Assembly (NCBI GenBank): GCA_965116955.1
Contig: OZ220742.1
Coordinates: 71,577 to 135,576, forward strand
Source: Thermoanaerobaculia bacterium
GTDB taxonomy: Bacteria; Acidobacteriota; Thermoanaerobaculia; Multivoradales; Multivoraceae
Direction: 5' to 3'
Length of the DNA: 64,000 bases
Positions 46,066-56,306 of the stretch are shown here, in pieces; the stretch's first letter is position 1; every line of letters begins with the position of its first letter. Under the pieces are notes generated by a model. That model had not been told where the DNA came from. It saw only the letters and a program-made list of their open reading frames with translations, and did not search any database. A program made the position numbers and the translations under genes.

Positions 46066-46245
46066 GCCTGCCGGCGGGGCCGGAGGAGAGGGTCCCAGCG
46101 AGGCTGTCGGCAAGCGATGCCCGGCGCCCTTCCATACACCGACACCCGACCGGAGCGCAGCCGACCGCAGCGAGCGCTCACCCTCCATTCATCCGGCAAG
46201 CGTGAGCGTCCGCTGGGACCCTCTCCTCCGGCCACGCCGGCAGGC
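46066..46245. repeat. 35-bp inverted repeat pair flanking ~110 bp (MITE-like element or large structured RNA)
   Basis: Arm 46066-46100 gcctgccggcggggccggaggagagggtcccagcg. Its reverse complement at 46211-46245 has a single mismatch. Internal short direct repeats (cggcaagcg x2). Sits in the 370-bp convergent intergenic region. Confidence 0.6.
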
Positions 46246-46343
46246 GGCCCGAACCGCTCATCCTGTGCGCGGATGTCGACGGTCAGGGCAGCCGCTGGGA
46301 GAGGCTCTGTCCCCGCGGTCCGGCGACCGGATGAACGGCCTGC

Positions 46344-46955
46344 TCAAGCGAACACGCGCGGCTCGAAGTCCTCGGCGTTGACGATGGAGGCGCTGTCGCC
46401 GGTGGCCCGGATGACGAAGAACCCCCGCCGTTCCGCTTCACGCGCCACGTCGTCCGACGCCTGAAGGAAGGCGATCGCGCCGTAGACCTTGCGATCCCGG
46501 TACTCGGGCCACCACTCCTTGAAGCGGACCAGCTTGGACCGGAAGCGCCGGACGTCCCTGGGGCGGAGCGTCGTCTTGACCTCGACCACGACGATCTCCT
46601 CGCCGTTTACCGCCACGATGTCCACTTCGTAGCTCTCGCCGCCTCGCCGCTTCAGCGTCTCCCGCGCAAGACCGTCCACGCCGACATCCCGGCCGGCCAG
46701 CAACTCGACCAGATCGCCCTTGACCAGGCTCTCCATCAACTTGCCCCACTGTGTCGTGAACAAGTCCTCCGCCTTCTTGAGACGGCGGTCGGTCTCCCGC
46801 ATCTGGCGGTCGGTTTCCCGCATCCGCGCCCGAAGTTCCTTCCATTCCCTTCGGGCGAGCCTCTCGCCTTCCTTCTGGCGCGCCGCCACCTGGCGGAGAA
46901 TCTCCCAGATCTCCTCCGGCGTGGCTGGCGACTGTTGCGTCTGCTCGCTGCTCAT
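46344..46955 (-). CDS. Coiled-coil + PD-(D/E)xK nuclease-fold protein (DUF3782-like)
   Basis: Internal ATG at 46955 (MSSEQTQQ...); the upstream part of the long ORF is Ser/Pro-rich artefact. Charged coiled-coil N-terminus with 7-aa tandem repeat MRETDRQ/MRETDRR (21-bp tandem duplication at about 46780-46823). C-terminal YEVDIVAVNGEEIVVVEVKTT (D...E.K) nuclease-like core. Confidence 0.6.
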   Translation of the reverse strand: MSSEQTQQSPATPEEIWEILRQVAARQKEGERLARREWKELRARMRETDRQMRETDRRLKKAEDLFTTQWGKLMESLVKGDLVELLAGRDVGVDGLARETLKRRGGESYEVDIVAVNGEEIVVVEVKTTLRPRDVRRFRSKLVRFKEWWPEYRDRKVYGAIAFLQASDDVAREAERRGFFVIRATGDSASIVNAEDFEPRVFA

Positions 46956-47157
46956 GGGCCGACTCCTCGTGCGAGTATAGGTCCGGTCCGAGGGCGCATG
47001 GGCGCCGCGGCATCGACGACGGCGGGGCGCACCCACCCCTCTTCCGACAAGGACGGAAACTCGCCGCGGAAACCGACTCGCCGCCGAACGCGGCCAGGAG
47101 TACGCGCCGGCCGTCAGGCCCGCTCCACCTGGCCGGGCCAAGTCGAACGGCGATCGT

Positions 47158-47835
47158 TCAGACCCCCGGCTCTGGTCCGCGGATCTCGAAGTCGAAAGTC
47201 CCAACGTCCGGGTCGGCTTCGATGACGACGGAGCGGCCCTGGAACCAGGGGCCGGGGTTGACGAGGCGGGTTGAGCCGATCGTGTCCTGGCCGATCGCTT
47301 CGTGGATGTGGCCGGAGAAGACGAGGTCTGGTTGGTGGTGTTCGACGGCGGCGCGGAGCGACTTCGAGCCAACGTGCTGGCCGCGGGCGAGGTCGCAGGC
47401 CGTGCCGAAGGGGGGCTGGTGGGAGACGAGGATGGTCGGCTTTCCCTCGACCGCGGCGGCCCGCTCGAAGACCTCGGCGGCCACCCGCTCGTAGTCTGCC
47501 TCGGTCCGTTCGTAGGGAAGGTCACCGAAGGGGAGACCGCCGGAGAGGCCGACGAAGCGGACGCCTTCGACCACGCGAGCGCGGCGGTCGAGGTCGATGT
47601 CGATCTCGCGGAAGTAGTCGTCCACCGGAGGCTGGTCGCAGTTGCCGCAGACCGCCAGCACCGGAACGCCGGAGTCCCGGAGCGGTTCGACGATCCTGCG
47701 GGCATGGTCCGGGCCGAGGAAGTTCGTCAGGTCTCCAGCCAGGAGCACCAGGTCGAAGCCGGACGGGTCCGGCAGGCGCGGCGGCCTCTTGCCGGACCAG
47801 TGCAGATCGACGACGCCGAGTATTCGGAGAGTCAA
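47158..47835 (-). CDS. Metallophosphoesterase (calcineurin-like phosphoesterase)
   Basis: Motifs GDLHW.. (VVDLHWSG), GDLTN (LAGDLTNF), and GNCD/GNHD (VCGNCD), with downstream GHIH (SGHIHEA). Confidence 0.75.
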   Translation of the reverse strand: MTLRILGVVDLHWSGKRPPRLPDPSGFDLVLLAGDLTNFLGPDHARRIVEPLRDSGVPVLAVCGNCDQPPVDDYFREIDIDLDRRARVVEGVRFVGLSGGLPFGDLPYERTEADYERVAAEVFERAAAVEGKPTILVSHQPPFGTACDLARGQHVGSKSLRAAVEHHQPDLVFSGHIHEAIGQDTIGSTRLVNPGPWFQGRSVVIEADPDVGTFDFEIRGPEPGV

Positions 47836-47923
47836 GGTCGGACTCCACCCCGCCGCCGGAGTACGTCGACGACGCCGAGGACGCGCGGCGTCAACTCAGG
47901 GCCTCCGGCCGCCCGCTCGGCCG

Positions 47924-48325
47924 TCAGTGAACCAGGGAAGGAGTGGTATGAGCCGACTCCCGGGGTTCGTCGTCCAGGCCGTGGGACATGACGAACACCC
48001 ACGCCGCCGTGCGCTCCCGCTCCGTCTCCGCGATCAACTCGAACACGTACTCGTTCTCCTGCTCCCCCTGGAACGACTGGACGTAGGCGACCCGCTCGCG
48101 GTCGATCAGGATCTCTCCCACCAGGCGCTTGCCGTAGACGAGCTGCGCGATCAGGAGGCTGTTCTCCTCAGACACGAACTGCCAGTGGAAGTCCTCGTCG
48201 TCGCAGAGCAGGGCGTCGACCGATCCGGCCCGGATGACGCAGTTTGGATGGAGGACGAGCCAGTTCCAGAACGCGTCGAGATCGAGCGTGGCCCGGGAAC
48301 GCTCGACCGCGGTCGGGGCAGTCAT
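47924..48325 (-). CDS. Hypothetical protein (133 aa)
   Basis: Genome-typical codon usage, no overlapping alternative. No recognisable motifs. Confidence 0.45.
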   Translation of the reverse strand: MTAPTAVERSRATLDLDAFWNWLVLHPNCVIRAGSVDALLCDDEDFHWQFVSEENSLLIAQLVYGKRLVGEILIDRERVAYVQSFQGEQENEYVFELIAETERERTAAWVFVMSHGLDDEPRESAHTTPSLVH

Positions 48326-48371
48326 CGGGCAATCGTATCTACGCCGGAGGGGTTTTGGCTAAAGTGCGCCC

Positions 48372-49367
<996 letters not shown>

Positions 49368-49426
49368 CGCGCCGGCGTCCGGCGCTTGACCCAGGAAGGG
49401 AACGACAACGAAGGGGGAGGACAAGG

Positions 49427-50167
49427 ATGGATCTCGGAATCCAGGGGAAGAAGGCCGCCGTCGCCGCGGCATCGACGGGACTCGGCTTCGGCTGCGCCAG
49501 GGCGCTGCTCGAGGACGGCGTGGAAGTCGCGATCTGCAGCCGCAGCGAGGACCGGATCCAGGACGCGGCCGCGGAGCTGGGCGCCGGCGCCCAGCCGATC
49601 GTCGCCGACATGTCGACGGAAGACGGCGCGCGCTCCTTCGTCGAACAGGCGATCGCGAAGCTGGGCCAGGTCGACATCCTGGTCGCCAACGCGGGCGGTC
49701 CGCCGCCCGGCTCGCCCGCCACCACGTCGATCGACGGCTACCGCGAGGCGCTCGACCTGAATCTGCTGTCGACGATCGTCATGTGCCAGGCGGCCCTCCC
49801 GGGCATGCGCGAGCGTGGCTGGGGCCGGATCGTGGCGATCACATCGATCGGCGCCCGCCAGCCGATCGGCAATCTCGCGGCGTCCTCGGTCGCCCGCGCC
49901 GGCGTCAGCAGCTTTCTCAAGACCCTGTCGGCGGAGGTCGCTCGGGACGGCGTGACGGTCAACTCGGCCCAACCCGGCATTCACGCCACCGACCGGATCA
50001 AAGGGCTCGGCAACACCGACGTCGTGGCACAGCGAGTGCCGACCGGCACGCTGGGCACCGCGGACGACTTCGGCAAGGCGGTAGCCTTCCTCTGTTCCGA
50101 GCCGGCGAAGTTCATCACCGGCACGAGCATCCTGCTCGACGGCGGCGCCTACAGTGGGCTGATCTGA
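49427..50167 (+). CDS. SDR family oxidoreductase
   Basis: ATG 49427 preceded by GGGGGAGG. TGxxxGxG-like AAASTGLGFG, NAG motif (LVANAG), and SDR active-site region. Confidence 0.8.
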   Translation: MDLGIQGKKAAVAAASTGLGFGCARALLEDGVEVAICSRSEDRIQDAAAELGAGAQPIVADMSTEDGARSFVEQAIAKLGQVDILVANAGGPPPGSPATTSIDGYREALDLNLLSTIVMCQAALPGMRERGWGRIVAITSIGARQPIGNLAASSVARAGVSSFLKTLSAEVARDGVTVNSAQPGIHATDRIKGLGNTDVVAQRVPTGTLGTADDFGKAVAFLCSEPAKFITGTSILLDGGAYSGLI

Positions 50168-50184
50168 GTCGGCTGCGAGCCGCG

Positions 50185-50832
50185 TCAGACCGCCGCGGCT
50201 TCAAGCTCCGCGTCCAGAACGGCCAGCCGACCCTGGCTTTCGAGCATCGCCCGCTCGAGTCTCGGTCTCGACTGGTCTGTCGCGACCGCCAGCAGGCAGA
50301 GGCTCACGAGATGCCCGACCCGAGCCGCCGTCTCCTCGGCGTCGATCACGCGCCGTGCCCACAACGGTAGCCACACTACCGAGTGGCCGAGGATCATCAG
50401 CGCCAGTTGTTCCGGATCGACAGAGTCGGCCAGATCGCCCGCCGCGCTGGCCCGCCGGAGTTCGTGTTCCAACTGCGCCTTCGCGACGAGCTCGATCGGC
50501 CCGGTGCCCGGACGGCGCCGCGGCCCCGGAAGGTTGATGGGCCTCGCCAAACCGGCCGGCGACTCCCGCACGCCCAGCATCAGGTCGACGATCGCGCGAA
50601 TACGATCGACGGGATCCGTCTCCTCGAGTTGCGCAATCCGGCGTTCGAGCTTCCTGGCGCCCGATCGCCGCAGGGCCTCGAGGATTTCCTCCTTGGAGCC
50701 GTAGTAGTTGTAGAGCGTTGTCACGTCGAGCCGGGACCTCCGGGCCAGTTCGCGCATGGTGCACGCCTCGATGCCCCCGTTCGAGATCAGCTTCGTCGCC
50801 GCCTCCAGGATCCGCCGCTTGCGCCGGCGCAT
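50185..50832 (-). CDS. TetR/AcrR family transcriptional regulator
   Basis: Internal ATG at 50832. N-terminal HTH (ILEAATKLISNGGIEACTMRELARRSRLDVTTLYNYYGSKEE). Confidence 0.8.
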   Translation of the reverse strand: MRRRKRRILEAATKLISNGGIEACTMRELARRSRLDVTTLYNYYGSKEEILEALRRSGARKLERRIAQLEETDPVDRIRAIVDLMLGVRESPAGLARPINLPGPRRRPGTGPIELVAKAQLEHELRRASAAGDLADSVDPEQLALMILGHSVVWLPLWARRVIDAEETAARVGHLVSLCLLAVATDQSRPRLERAMLESQGRLAVLDAELEAAAV

Positions 50833-50968
50833 GTTCTGTTCTCGTCTACCCGCCAAGGAACCCCCCCTTCCGGGACTCCGCCCGCCCGTACGACCCACGG
50901 CAGTCTACAGTCGATCCAACCCTATCTTCCAACTTTGTTGGCGTCCCAGAGGCCCGTGACGCCCGTCC

Positions 50969-52168
50969 TCACACAGGCCGGCGCACGAAGTCTCTCCCCG
51001 CCGCCCACAGCGCCACGCAGCCCAGCCAGGACATGACCGCTCCCAGCGCGTAGGCGCTGCGGTAGCCGCCTGCCAGGTCGTGAGCCCATCCCAGCAGGAA
51101 GGGTCCCAGCGCGACTCCGATCGAGGCCAGCAACGTGCTCACCGAGTAGATCCGCGCGTAGCGCCTGGTGCCGAAAGCCTCGGCGAGCAGAAGTGGTTGC
51201 ATCATCAGGAAGCTACCGATGGTGAGCCCGAAGGCGCTCGAGGCGATCAGCAGGCCCGCCACGCTGGTGCTCGATCCCAGGACGACCAGCGTGAATCCCT
51301 GGAGAACCAGCAGGACCAACGCGAACCCACGGTAGGGAATCCGCTCCAGCAACGCGCCGGAAGCCAGCCGCCCCACGACGCTCGAGGCGGCCAGCACCGA
51401 GACCGCGAGGCCCGCCACGCCGGGCTCGTGGACGCTGACCAGGCGAAACTGGTGGGCAATGGCGCCAACCTGCGCCATCAGGCCGAAGAAGAACGTGCCG
51501 GCAATGCCCAGGAAGTAGCGTGAGCGGAACGCCTCCCGGGCGGCGACACCCGGCTCCTCGGTGCCCTCGAACTCCCCCACCCGGTCCATCTCTCCGCGCG
51601 GCCGCGGAATCAGCCGCCACAGCGACAGGGGCAGGATGCCCACGACGTACAAGGCGGCCACGATCTCGGTCCCGCGCCGCAGACCGTACTCACCCATCAC
51701 CCAGGCGGCCAATGGGGCGACGGCGATGCCGCCAACCGAGAGCCCCGTGAACACCACCGACAGGGCAAGCGCCCGCCGGCGGGCGAACCAGCGCGTGACG
51801 ACCGTGCTCGCGGTCAGCATGTTCGTGGCGGAGAATCCGAAACCGAAGAGGGCGAAGGCCGCGTAAACCTGGAGGACAGTCTCGACACGACCGATAAGGA
51901 CGAGAGATACGGCGCAGATCGCGACGCCCGCCGCGACCGACCAGCGGGCATCGACCCGTTCGATCACGCTGGCCACAGCGAGCCCGGCGAAACCGCTCAC
52001 GGCGAAGAAGATGGTCGGGGCAAGCGAGGCCGCGAAGACGGTCAGCCCGCGTTCACGCGTCAGCGCTTCCAACAACACCGACTGGTTGTAGAAGCCGAGG
52101 CCGGACGAGAACATCATCATCGCGAACAGCGCACCGACGATCTGCCAGCGGGTGGAGATGCGCGGCAT
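50969..52168 (-). CDS. MFS transporter
   Basis: About 12 TM helices. Start MPRISTRWQIVGALFAMMMF at 52168; an alternative in-frame ATG at 52222 lies inside the duplicated segment. The upstream part of ORF ..52390 is out-of-frame overlap with the permease gene. Confidence 0.75.
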   Translation of the reverse strand: MPRISTRWQIVGALFAMMMFSSGLGFYNQSVLLEALTRERGLTVFAASLAPTIFFAVSGFAGLAVASVIERVDARWSVAAGVAICAVSLVLIGRVETVLQVYAAFALFGFGFSATNMLTASTVVTRWFARRRALALSVVFTGLSVGGIAVAPLAAWVMGEYGLRRGTEIVAALYVVGILPLSLWRLIPRPRGEMDRVGEFEGTEEPGVAAREAFRSRYFLGIAGTFFFGLMAQVGAIAHQFRLVSVHEPGVAGLAVSVLAASSVVGRLASGALLERIPYRGFALVLLVLQGFTLVVLGSSTSVAGLLIASSAFGLTIGSFLMMQPLLLAEAFGTRRYARIYSVSTLLASIGVALGPFLLGWAHDLAGGYRSAYALGAVMSWLGCVALWAAGRDFVRRPV

Positions 52169-52270
52169 CAACGCGCCTCGCGCAAGGATGGCAAAAATCC
52201 GACCGGCGCTGAGCGCCACCATTGCATCTGCCAGCGGGTGGAGATGCGCGGCATCAACGCGCCTCGCGCA
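52140..52270. repeat. Perfect 43-45 bp direct duplication (copies 52140-52184 and 52226-52270) separated by a 41-43 bp unique spacer
   Basis: ctgccagcgggtggagatgcgcggcatcaacgcgcctcgcgca occurs twice. Each copy contains the permease stop / MFS start junction (..CGCGTTGATGCCGCGCAT.. on the coding strand). Confidence 0.85.
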
Positions 52271-54851
52271 GGGAGTCGATCGGCGGCCTCTGCAGCGCGC
52301 CGGCGCTGGCAAGCAGCCCCGTCGCGAGCGACAGCAGGCTGCCCGCGGCGAGCGCCCCGAACACTGCCCAGGGCCTGAACGACCAGGCAAGTTCGAGCTC
52401 CCGCGTCACCAGCCACCACCCTGCCGCCGAGCCGAGCACGGCCGCCACGACCGCCGCCGACAGGCCGACCAGCGCGTACTCGGCCGCGAAGGCGCGCAGT
52501 ACGTCGAAGCGGGTCGAACCGATCGTCTTGAGCAGGGCCGCCTCACGACCGCGCCGCGACGAACTCGCGGCGACCGCCCCGGCCAGCGTCAGCAGGGCCG
52601 CGGCCACCGTGAAGCTGCCGAGAACCCGCACTCCGACCTGAAGGTTGCCCACGAGGTCGACCACCTTCTGGAGCACTTCCCGGATCCGGACCACGGCGAC
52701 ACCGGGATAGGCGAGGTAGATCTCGTCCTGGATCCGCTGTTCCCGCTCCTGCGGCAACCAGGCCGCCGCCAGCCGGGTGTGCGGCGCCCATTCCAGCACG
52801 GACGGTTCGACCACGAGGAAGAAGTTGATGCCGAAACCCTCCCAGTCCACCCGTCGCAGGCTGGTCACGGTGATTCTGGTCTCCCGGCCGCCGACCTCGA
52901 GGTCGATCGTCGAGCCGACGTTCACTCCAATCGTCTCCGCGAAGTCCTGCTCGACACTGACCTCGCCGAGCTCCGGATCGACCCAGGGCCGCGGCGCCGT
53001 CGCCGGCCCGGCCGCCTCGAGGATCACGTTGTCCGCGGGCAGCTCATCGAGAAAGGTCATCCGCAGTTGCCGCCTCAGGGCCCAGCGGTTGCGGTCGTTC
53101 AGCCGCTCCGCCACCGGAACTCCGTCGATCGCCCTGACCCGGGCCATCACCACCGGCGCCGACTGCACCCTCTCCGCCCCCCGGCGCTCCAGAAGCCCGG
53201 CGAGGTCACCCCAGCCCGTAGCCGGCACGTTCAGGAGGAACGCGCTCGGCGCCTCGTCCGGAAGCCCGGCGGCCAGTTCGTCGTGAAGGTGCCCCTGGAC
53301 CACGAACATGGCGAGCAACACCATCAGACCCATTCCCAGTGCGACCGAGGCCGCCAGCGTGCCCGACTCGGGTCGCGCCAGAGCCGCGACGCCGTAACGG
53401 AGCCACGAGGAGCGGCACTTGGGCGCCAGGAAGCGGGCCAGCCTCCGCAACGCCAGCGCCGCCAGGATCAGGGCGACGACAGCCGCCGCCACCGCGCCCA
53501 TGAACCGGAGCGCCAGCCACAGCGACCCGGCCTGGAGCGCGGTCGAACCGGCCACACCGACGCTTACAGCGAACACGGACAGGGCGCTGGCGAGCCGTGA
53601 ACCCGGCAGCGGTTCGGCGCCGCTGCGAAACACCCGCACCGGCGGCGCCCGCAGCACGACGAGCAGCGCGGGCGCCGAGAACGCGGTCGATACGCCGATG
53701 CCGAGGGCCACTCCCCGGACGAAGGCCCAGGGCTGCCAGATCGACACCGCCTCGACCGGCAGCGCGCCGCCCAGGATCGCCGGCACGAGGAGGATGGAGA
53801 GCAGCCCGACCACGCCGCCGATCACCCCGGCCACCAGGCCCAGCAGGACCGCCTGAACGACGTACGTGCGCATCAGATCGCGCGGCCGGGCGCCCAGGCA
53901 CTTGAGCACCGCGAGCGCGTCCAGACGCTGGGTCAGCCAGGCGCGAATGCCCTGGGCGACGCCCACGCCGCCGACCAGGAGCGACAGCAACGCGACCAGC
54001 CCGAGGTAGCGCGAGAGGCGTTCGAGGTCCTCACGAATGCCGGGCTGGGCATCGGCGTAGGTCTCGACCCGCACCGCGGCGTTGTCGTCCATCGCGTCGC
54101 GCAGGGCGCTCGCCCGAAGTTCAAGCTCCTCGAGCGACTGCTCTCCCTGCAGCCGCACCAGCACGCGGTAACCGCCGAAGCCGGCGAAGGGGAAGATCCG
54201 CGCCGCCTCCTGCGCCGCGATGCCGACGATGACCCGCGGCCCGAACGCGAAACCGGTGGGCAGCCGGTCCGGTTCCGCTTCGAGCGAACCGACGATCCGC
54301 AGCGTCCGCCCGCCGAGACGCAGATCCTCGCCGACCTCCAGACCGAGCCGGGACAGAGCCTCCGGCGACACCAGCGCGGAGTGGTCGCCCAGAATGTCCG
54401 CCGGTGTCGTTCCGGCCGGTAGCGGCGGCTCCGTCACGAGCTCGCCATAGAACGGGTAGCCGCCCGACACCGCCTTCAGTTCGGCCAGCAGACTCGACGG
54501 CCCGTCGCCGCCCACCTCTGCCGGCGACGCTGCTCCCGGAGACGCTGGCCGGGGCGAGGCGCGGCCCACCATCGCCGCCATCTCGCGCACTTCGGCGCGA
54601 ACGGCCCCGGGGACGCCGTCGATCGTCTCCAGCACGTCCTCCGGAATCGGGCCCCGTGAGCGAACCACCAGGTCCGCCGCCAACAGCTTCCGGGCCTCGC
54701 CCCGGATCGCGCCATCGACGCTCGAGGCGAGACCAGCCACCGAAACGACGGCGCCCACTCCGACCGAGAGGCACGCCACCCAGACCCAGACCCGTCCCAG
54801 GGAGCCCCGAATCTCCCGCAGCGAGTACCGGAGCGCGACCCGCGGGCTCAC
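52254..54851 (-). CDS. ABC transporter permease, FtsX-like (two FtsX domains, MacB/YbbP-type)
   Basis: 865-aa membrane protein with duplicated 4-TM FtsX modules and large periplasmic domains. Start overlaps the stop of the ABC ATPase gene. Confidence 0.8.
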   Translation of the reverse strand: MSPRVALRYSLREIRGSLGRVWVWVACLSVGVGAVVSVAGLASSVDGAIRGEARKLLAADLVVRSRGPIPEDVLETIDGVPGAVRAEVREMAAMVGRASPRPASPGAASPAEVGGDGPSSLLAELKAVSGGYPFYGELVTEPPLPAGTTPADILGDHSALVSPEALSRLGLEVGEDLRLGGRTLRIVGSLEAEPDRLPTGFAFGPRVIVGIAAQEAARIFPFAGFGGYRVLVRLQGEQSLEELELRASALRDAMDDNAAVRVETYADAQPGIREDLERLSRYLGLVALLSLLVGGVGVAQGIRAWLTQRLDALAVLKCLGARPRDLMRTYVVQAVLLGLVAGVIGGVVGLLSILLVPAILGGALPVEAVSIWQPWAFVRGVALGIGVSTAFSAPALLVVLRAPPVRVFRSGAEPLPGSRLASALSVFAVSVGVAGSTALQAGSLWLALRFMGAVAAAVVALILAALALRRLARFLAPKCRSSWLRYGVAALARPESGTLAASVALGMGLMVLLAMFVVQGHLHDELAAGLPDEAPSAFLLNVPATGWGDLAGLLERRGAERVQSAPVVMARVRAIDGVPVAERLNDRNRWALRRQLRMTFLDELPADNVILEAAGPATAPRPWVDPELGEVSVEQDFAETIGVNVGSTIDLEVGGRETRITVTSLRRVDWEGFGINFFLVVEPSVLEWAPHTRLAAAWLPQEREQRIQDEIYLAYPGVAVVRIREVLQKVVDLVGNLQVGVRVLGSFTVAAALLTLAGAVAASSSRRGREAALLKTIGSTRFDVLRAFAAEYALVGLSAAVVAAVLGSAAGWWLVTRELELAWSFRPWAVFGALAAGSLLSLATGLLASAGALQRPPIDSLREAR

Positions 54852-55549
54852 CGGGCGCTAGCTTCCGCCACGCGGCCGTCCACCATGACCAGCTCGCGGT
54901 CGGCGCGCGCAGCCACGGCAGGATCATGGGTCACCAGCACCAGGGTCGATCCGAATCGATCCCGCAGCGCCATCATCACATCGAGAACCGCCGCACCGGT
55001 CACCGAGTCCAGGTTGCCGGTCGGCTCGTCCCCCAGGAGGATCCGGGGCTCGGCGGCGAACGCCCTGGCCAGAGCCACGCGCTGCTGCTCCCCGCCCGAG
55101 AGCTGCGACGGATAGTGGTGGACGCGTTCCGCGAGGCCGACCTCCGCCAGGAGTTCCTCCGCCCGCCGGCCGGAGCGCCTGCGCCCAAGGAGGTCGAGCG
55201 GAAACTGGACGTTCTCGCGCGCGGTCAGGTTTGGAAGCAACTGGAACGCCTGGAAGACGAGGCCGATCTTCTCGCGCCTCAGCAGGGCCAGTTCGTCCTC
55301 GCTGAGATGCTCGATCGGCTGACCGTCGATCAGAACGCTCCCGGCGGTAGGCCGGTCGAGTCCGGCAAGCAGCGCGAGCAACGTCGACTTGCCGGCCCCG
55401 GAAGGGCCCCGCACGGACACGCACTCGCCAGCGGCCACTTCGAGATCGACGTCGTCGACCACGACCAGGGTGCGTTCCCCTGAGCGCAGTTCCCGACGCA
55501 GTCCGCGAGTCTCGAGGCGGGCAGGGGCCCCCTGCGACACGGATGTCAC
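54848..55549 (-). CDS. ABC transporter ATP-binding protein (LolD/MacB-type)
   Basis: GTG start at 55549 (the upstream part of the long ORF is artefact). Walker A GPSGAGKST, signature LSGGEQQRVALARA, Walker B ILLGDEPTGNLD. Confidence 0.85.
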   Translation of the reverse strand: MTSVSQGAPARLETRGLRRELRSGERTLVVVDDVDLEVAAGECVSVRGPSGAGKSTLLALLAGLDRPTAGSVLIDGQPIEHLSEDELALLRREKIGLVFQAFQLLPNLTARENVQFPLDLLGRRRSGRRAEELLAEVGLAERVHHYPSQLSGGEQQRVALARAFAAEPRILLGDEPTGNLDSVTGAAVLDVMMALRDRFGSTLVLVTHDPAVAARADRELVMVDGRVAEASAR

Positions 55550-55572
55550 CGCCCCGGGCGCATCCCCGGGAC

Positions 55573-56256
55573 TCAAACGTAGCCCAGCATCGCCCGCCAC
55601 TGCTCGAGGCTGTCCGGTCGGAGGTAGGCGTTCCACATGAGTTCCCGGCCGATCGTCGAACTGGACTCGGGGCCGTAGTCGTGGCCCGGGTAGATCGCGA
55701 GCTCCGGCGGCAGGCCCTTCAGCCGCTGCAGGGAGCGGTACATCGCGTCGACATCGCTGTGCGGAAGGTCGATCCGGCCGATCCCCTGCACGAACAGCGT
55801 GTCCGCTGTCAGTACATGGCTTCCGGCGCGGAAACAGCAACTGCCCGGTGAGTGGCCCGGGGTGTGCAGCACCTCGACCGCCAGCTCGCCCAGTTCGAGG
55901 ACATCGCCGTCCCGGAACGATTCCACGCGGTGCGGCGGGCAACCGGCGATCTCGGCACCGCGCTCCGCTTCGGCCTCGTGAATCAGCATCGGCAGGTCGA
56001 ACTCGGCGCGCAGTTCGCGCACCCCCGGAACGTGCTGGCCGAAGATGTCGCCGCCGATGTGGTCCTGGTGAAAGTGAGTCGCCAGCACGCCGACCACCTC
56101 GTAGCCCTGCTCCTCCGCGATCCTGACGACGCCGAGCGGCTCCCAGGCCGGATCGACGACCCAGGCGCGGCGGGTCGACGGGTCGGCCAGGACGTAGACG
56201 AAGTTCGCCATCGGTCCGGCCTGGATCTGGATCAGGCGCGGTTCGCCGTCGCTCAT
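55573..56256 (-). CDS. MBL-fold metallo-hydrolase (hydroxyacylglutathione-hydrolase-like)
   Basis: THFHQDH motif, with downstream HTPGHSPGS and PGHDYG ligands. Confidence 0.75.
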   Translation of the reverse strand: MSDGEPRLIQIQAGPMANFVYVLADPSTRRAWVVDPAWEPLGVVRIAEEQGYEVVGVLATHFHQDHIGGDIFGQHVPGVRELRAEFDLPMLIHEAEAERGAEIAGCPPHRVESFRDGDVLELGELAVEVLHTPGHSPGSCCFRAGSHVLTADTLFVQGIGRIDLPHSDVDAMYRSLQRLKGLPPELAIYPGHDYGPESSSTIGRELMWNAYLRPDSLEQWRAMLGYV

Positions 56257-56306
56257 CGTCCGCGGAATCTACCCCGGCCCCGGCCGGAGTTGTAATCTCG
56301 CCGGCC

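Noticed and set aside
52168-52419. 83-aa ORF (52168..52419, minus)
   Set aside because: Created by the 43-bp duplication. It reads across copy 2 and the spacer, then terminates at the duplicated permease stop. It overlaps the permease 3' end and is unlikely to be an independent gene.
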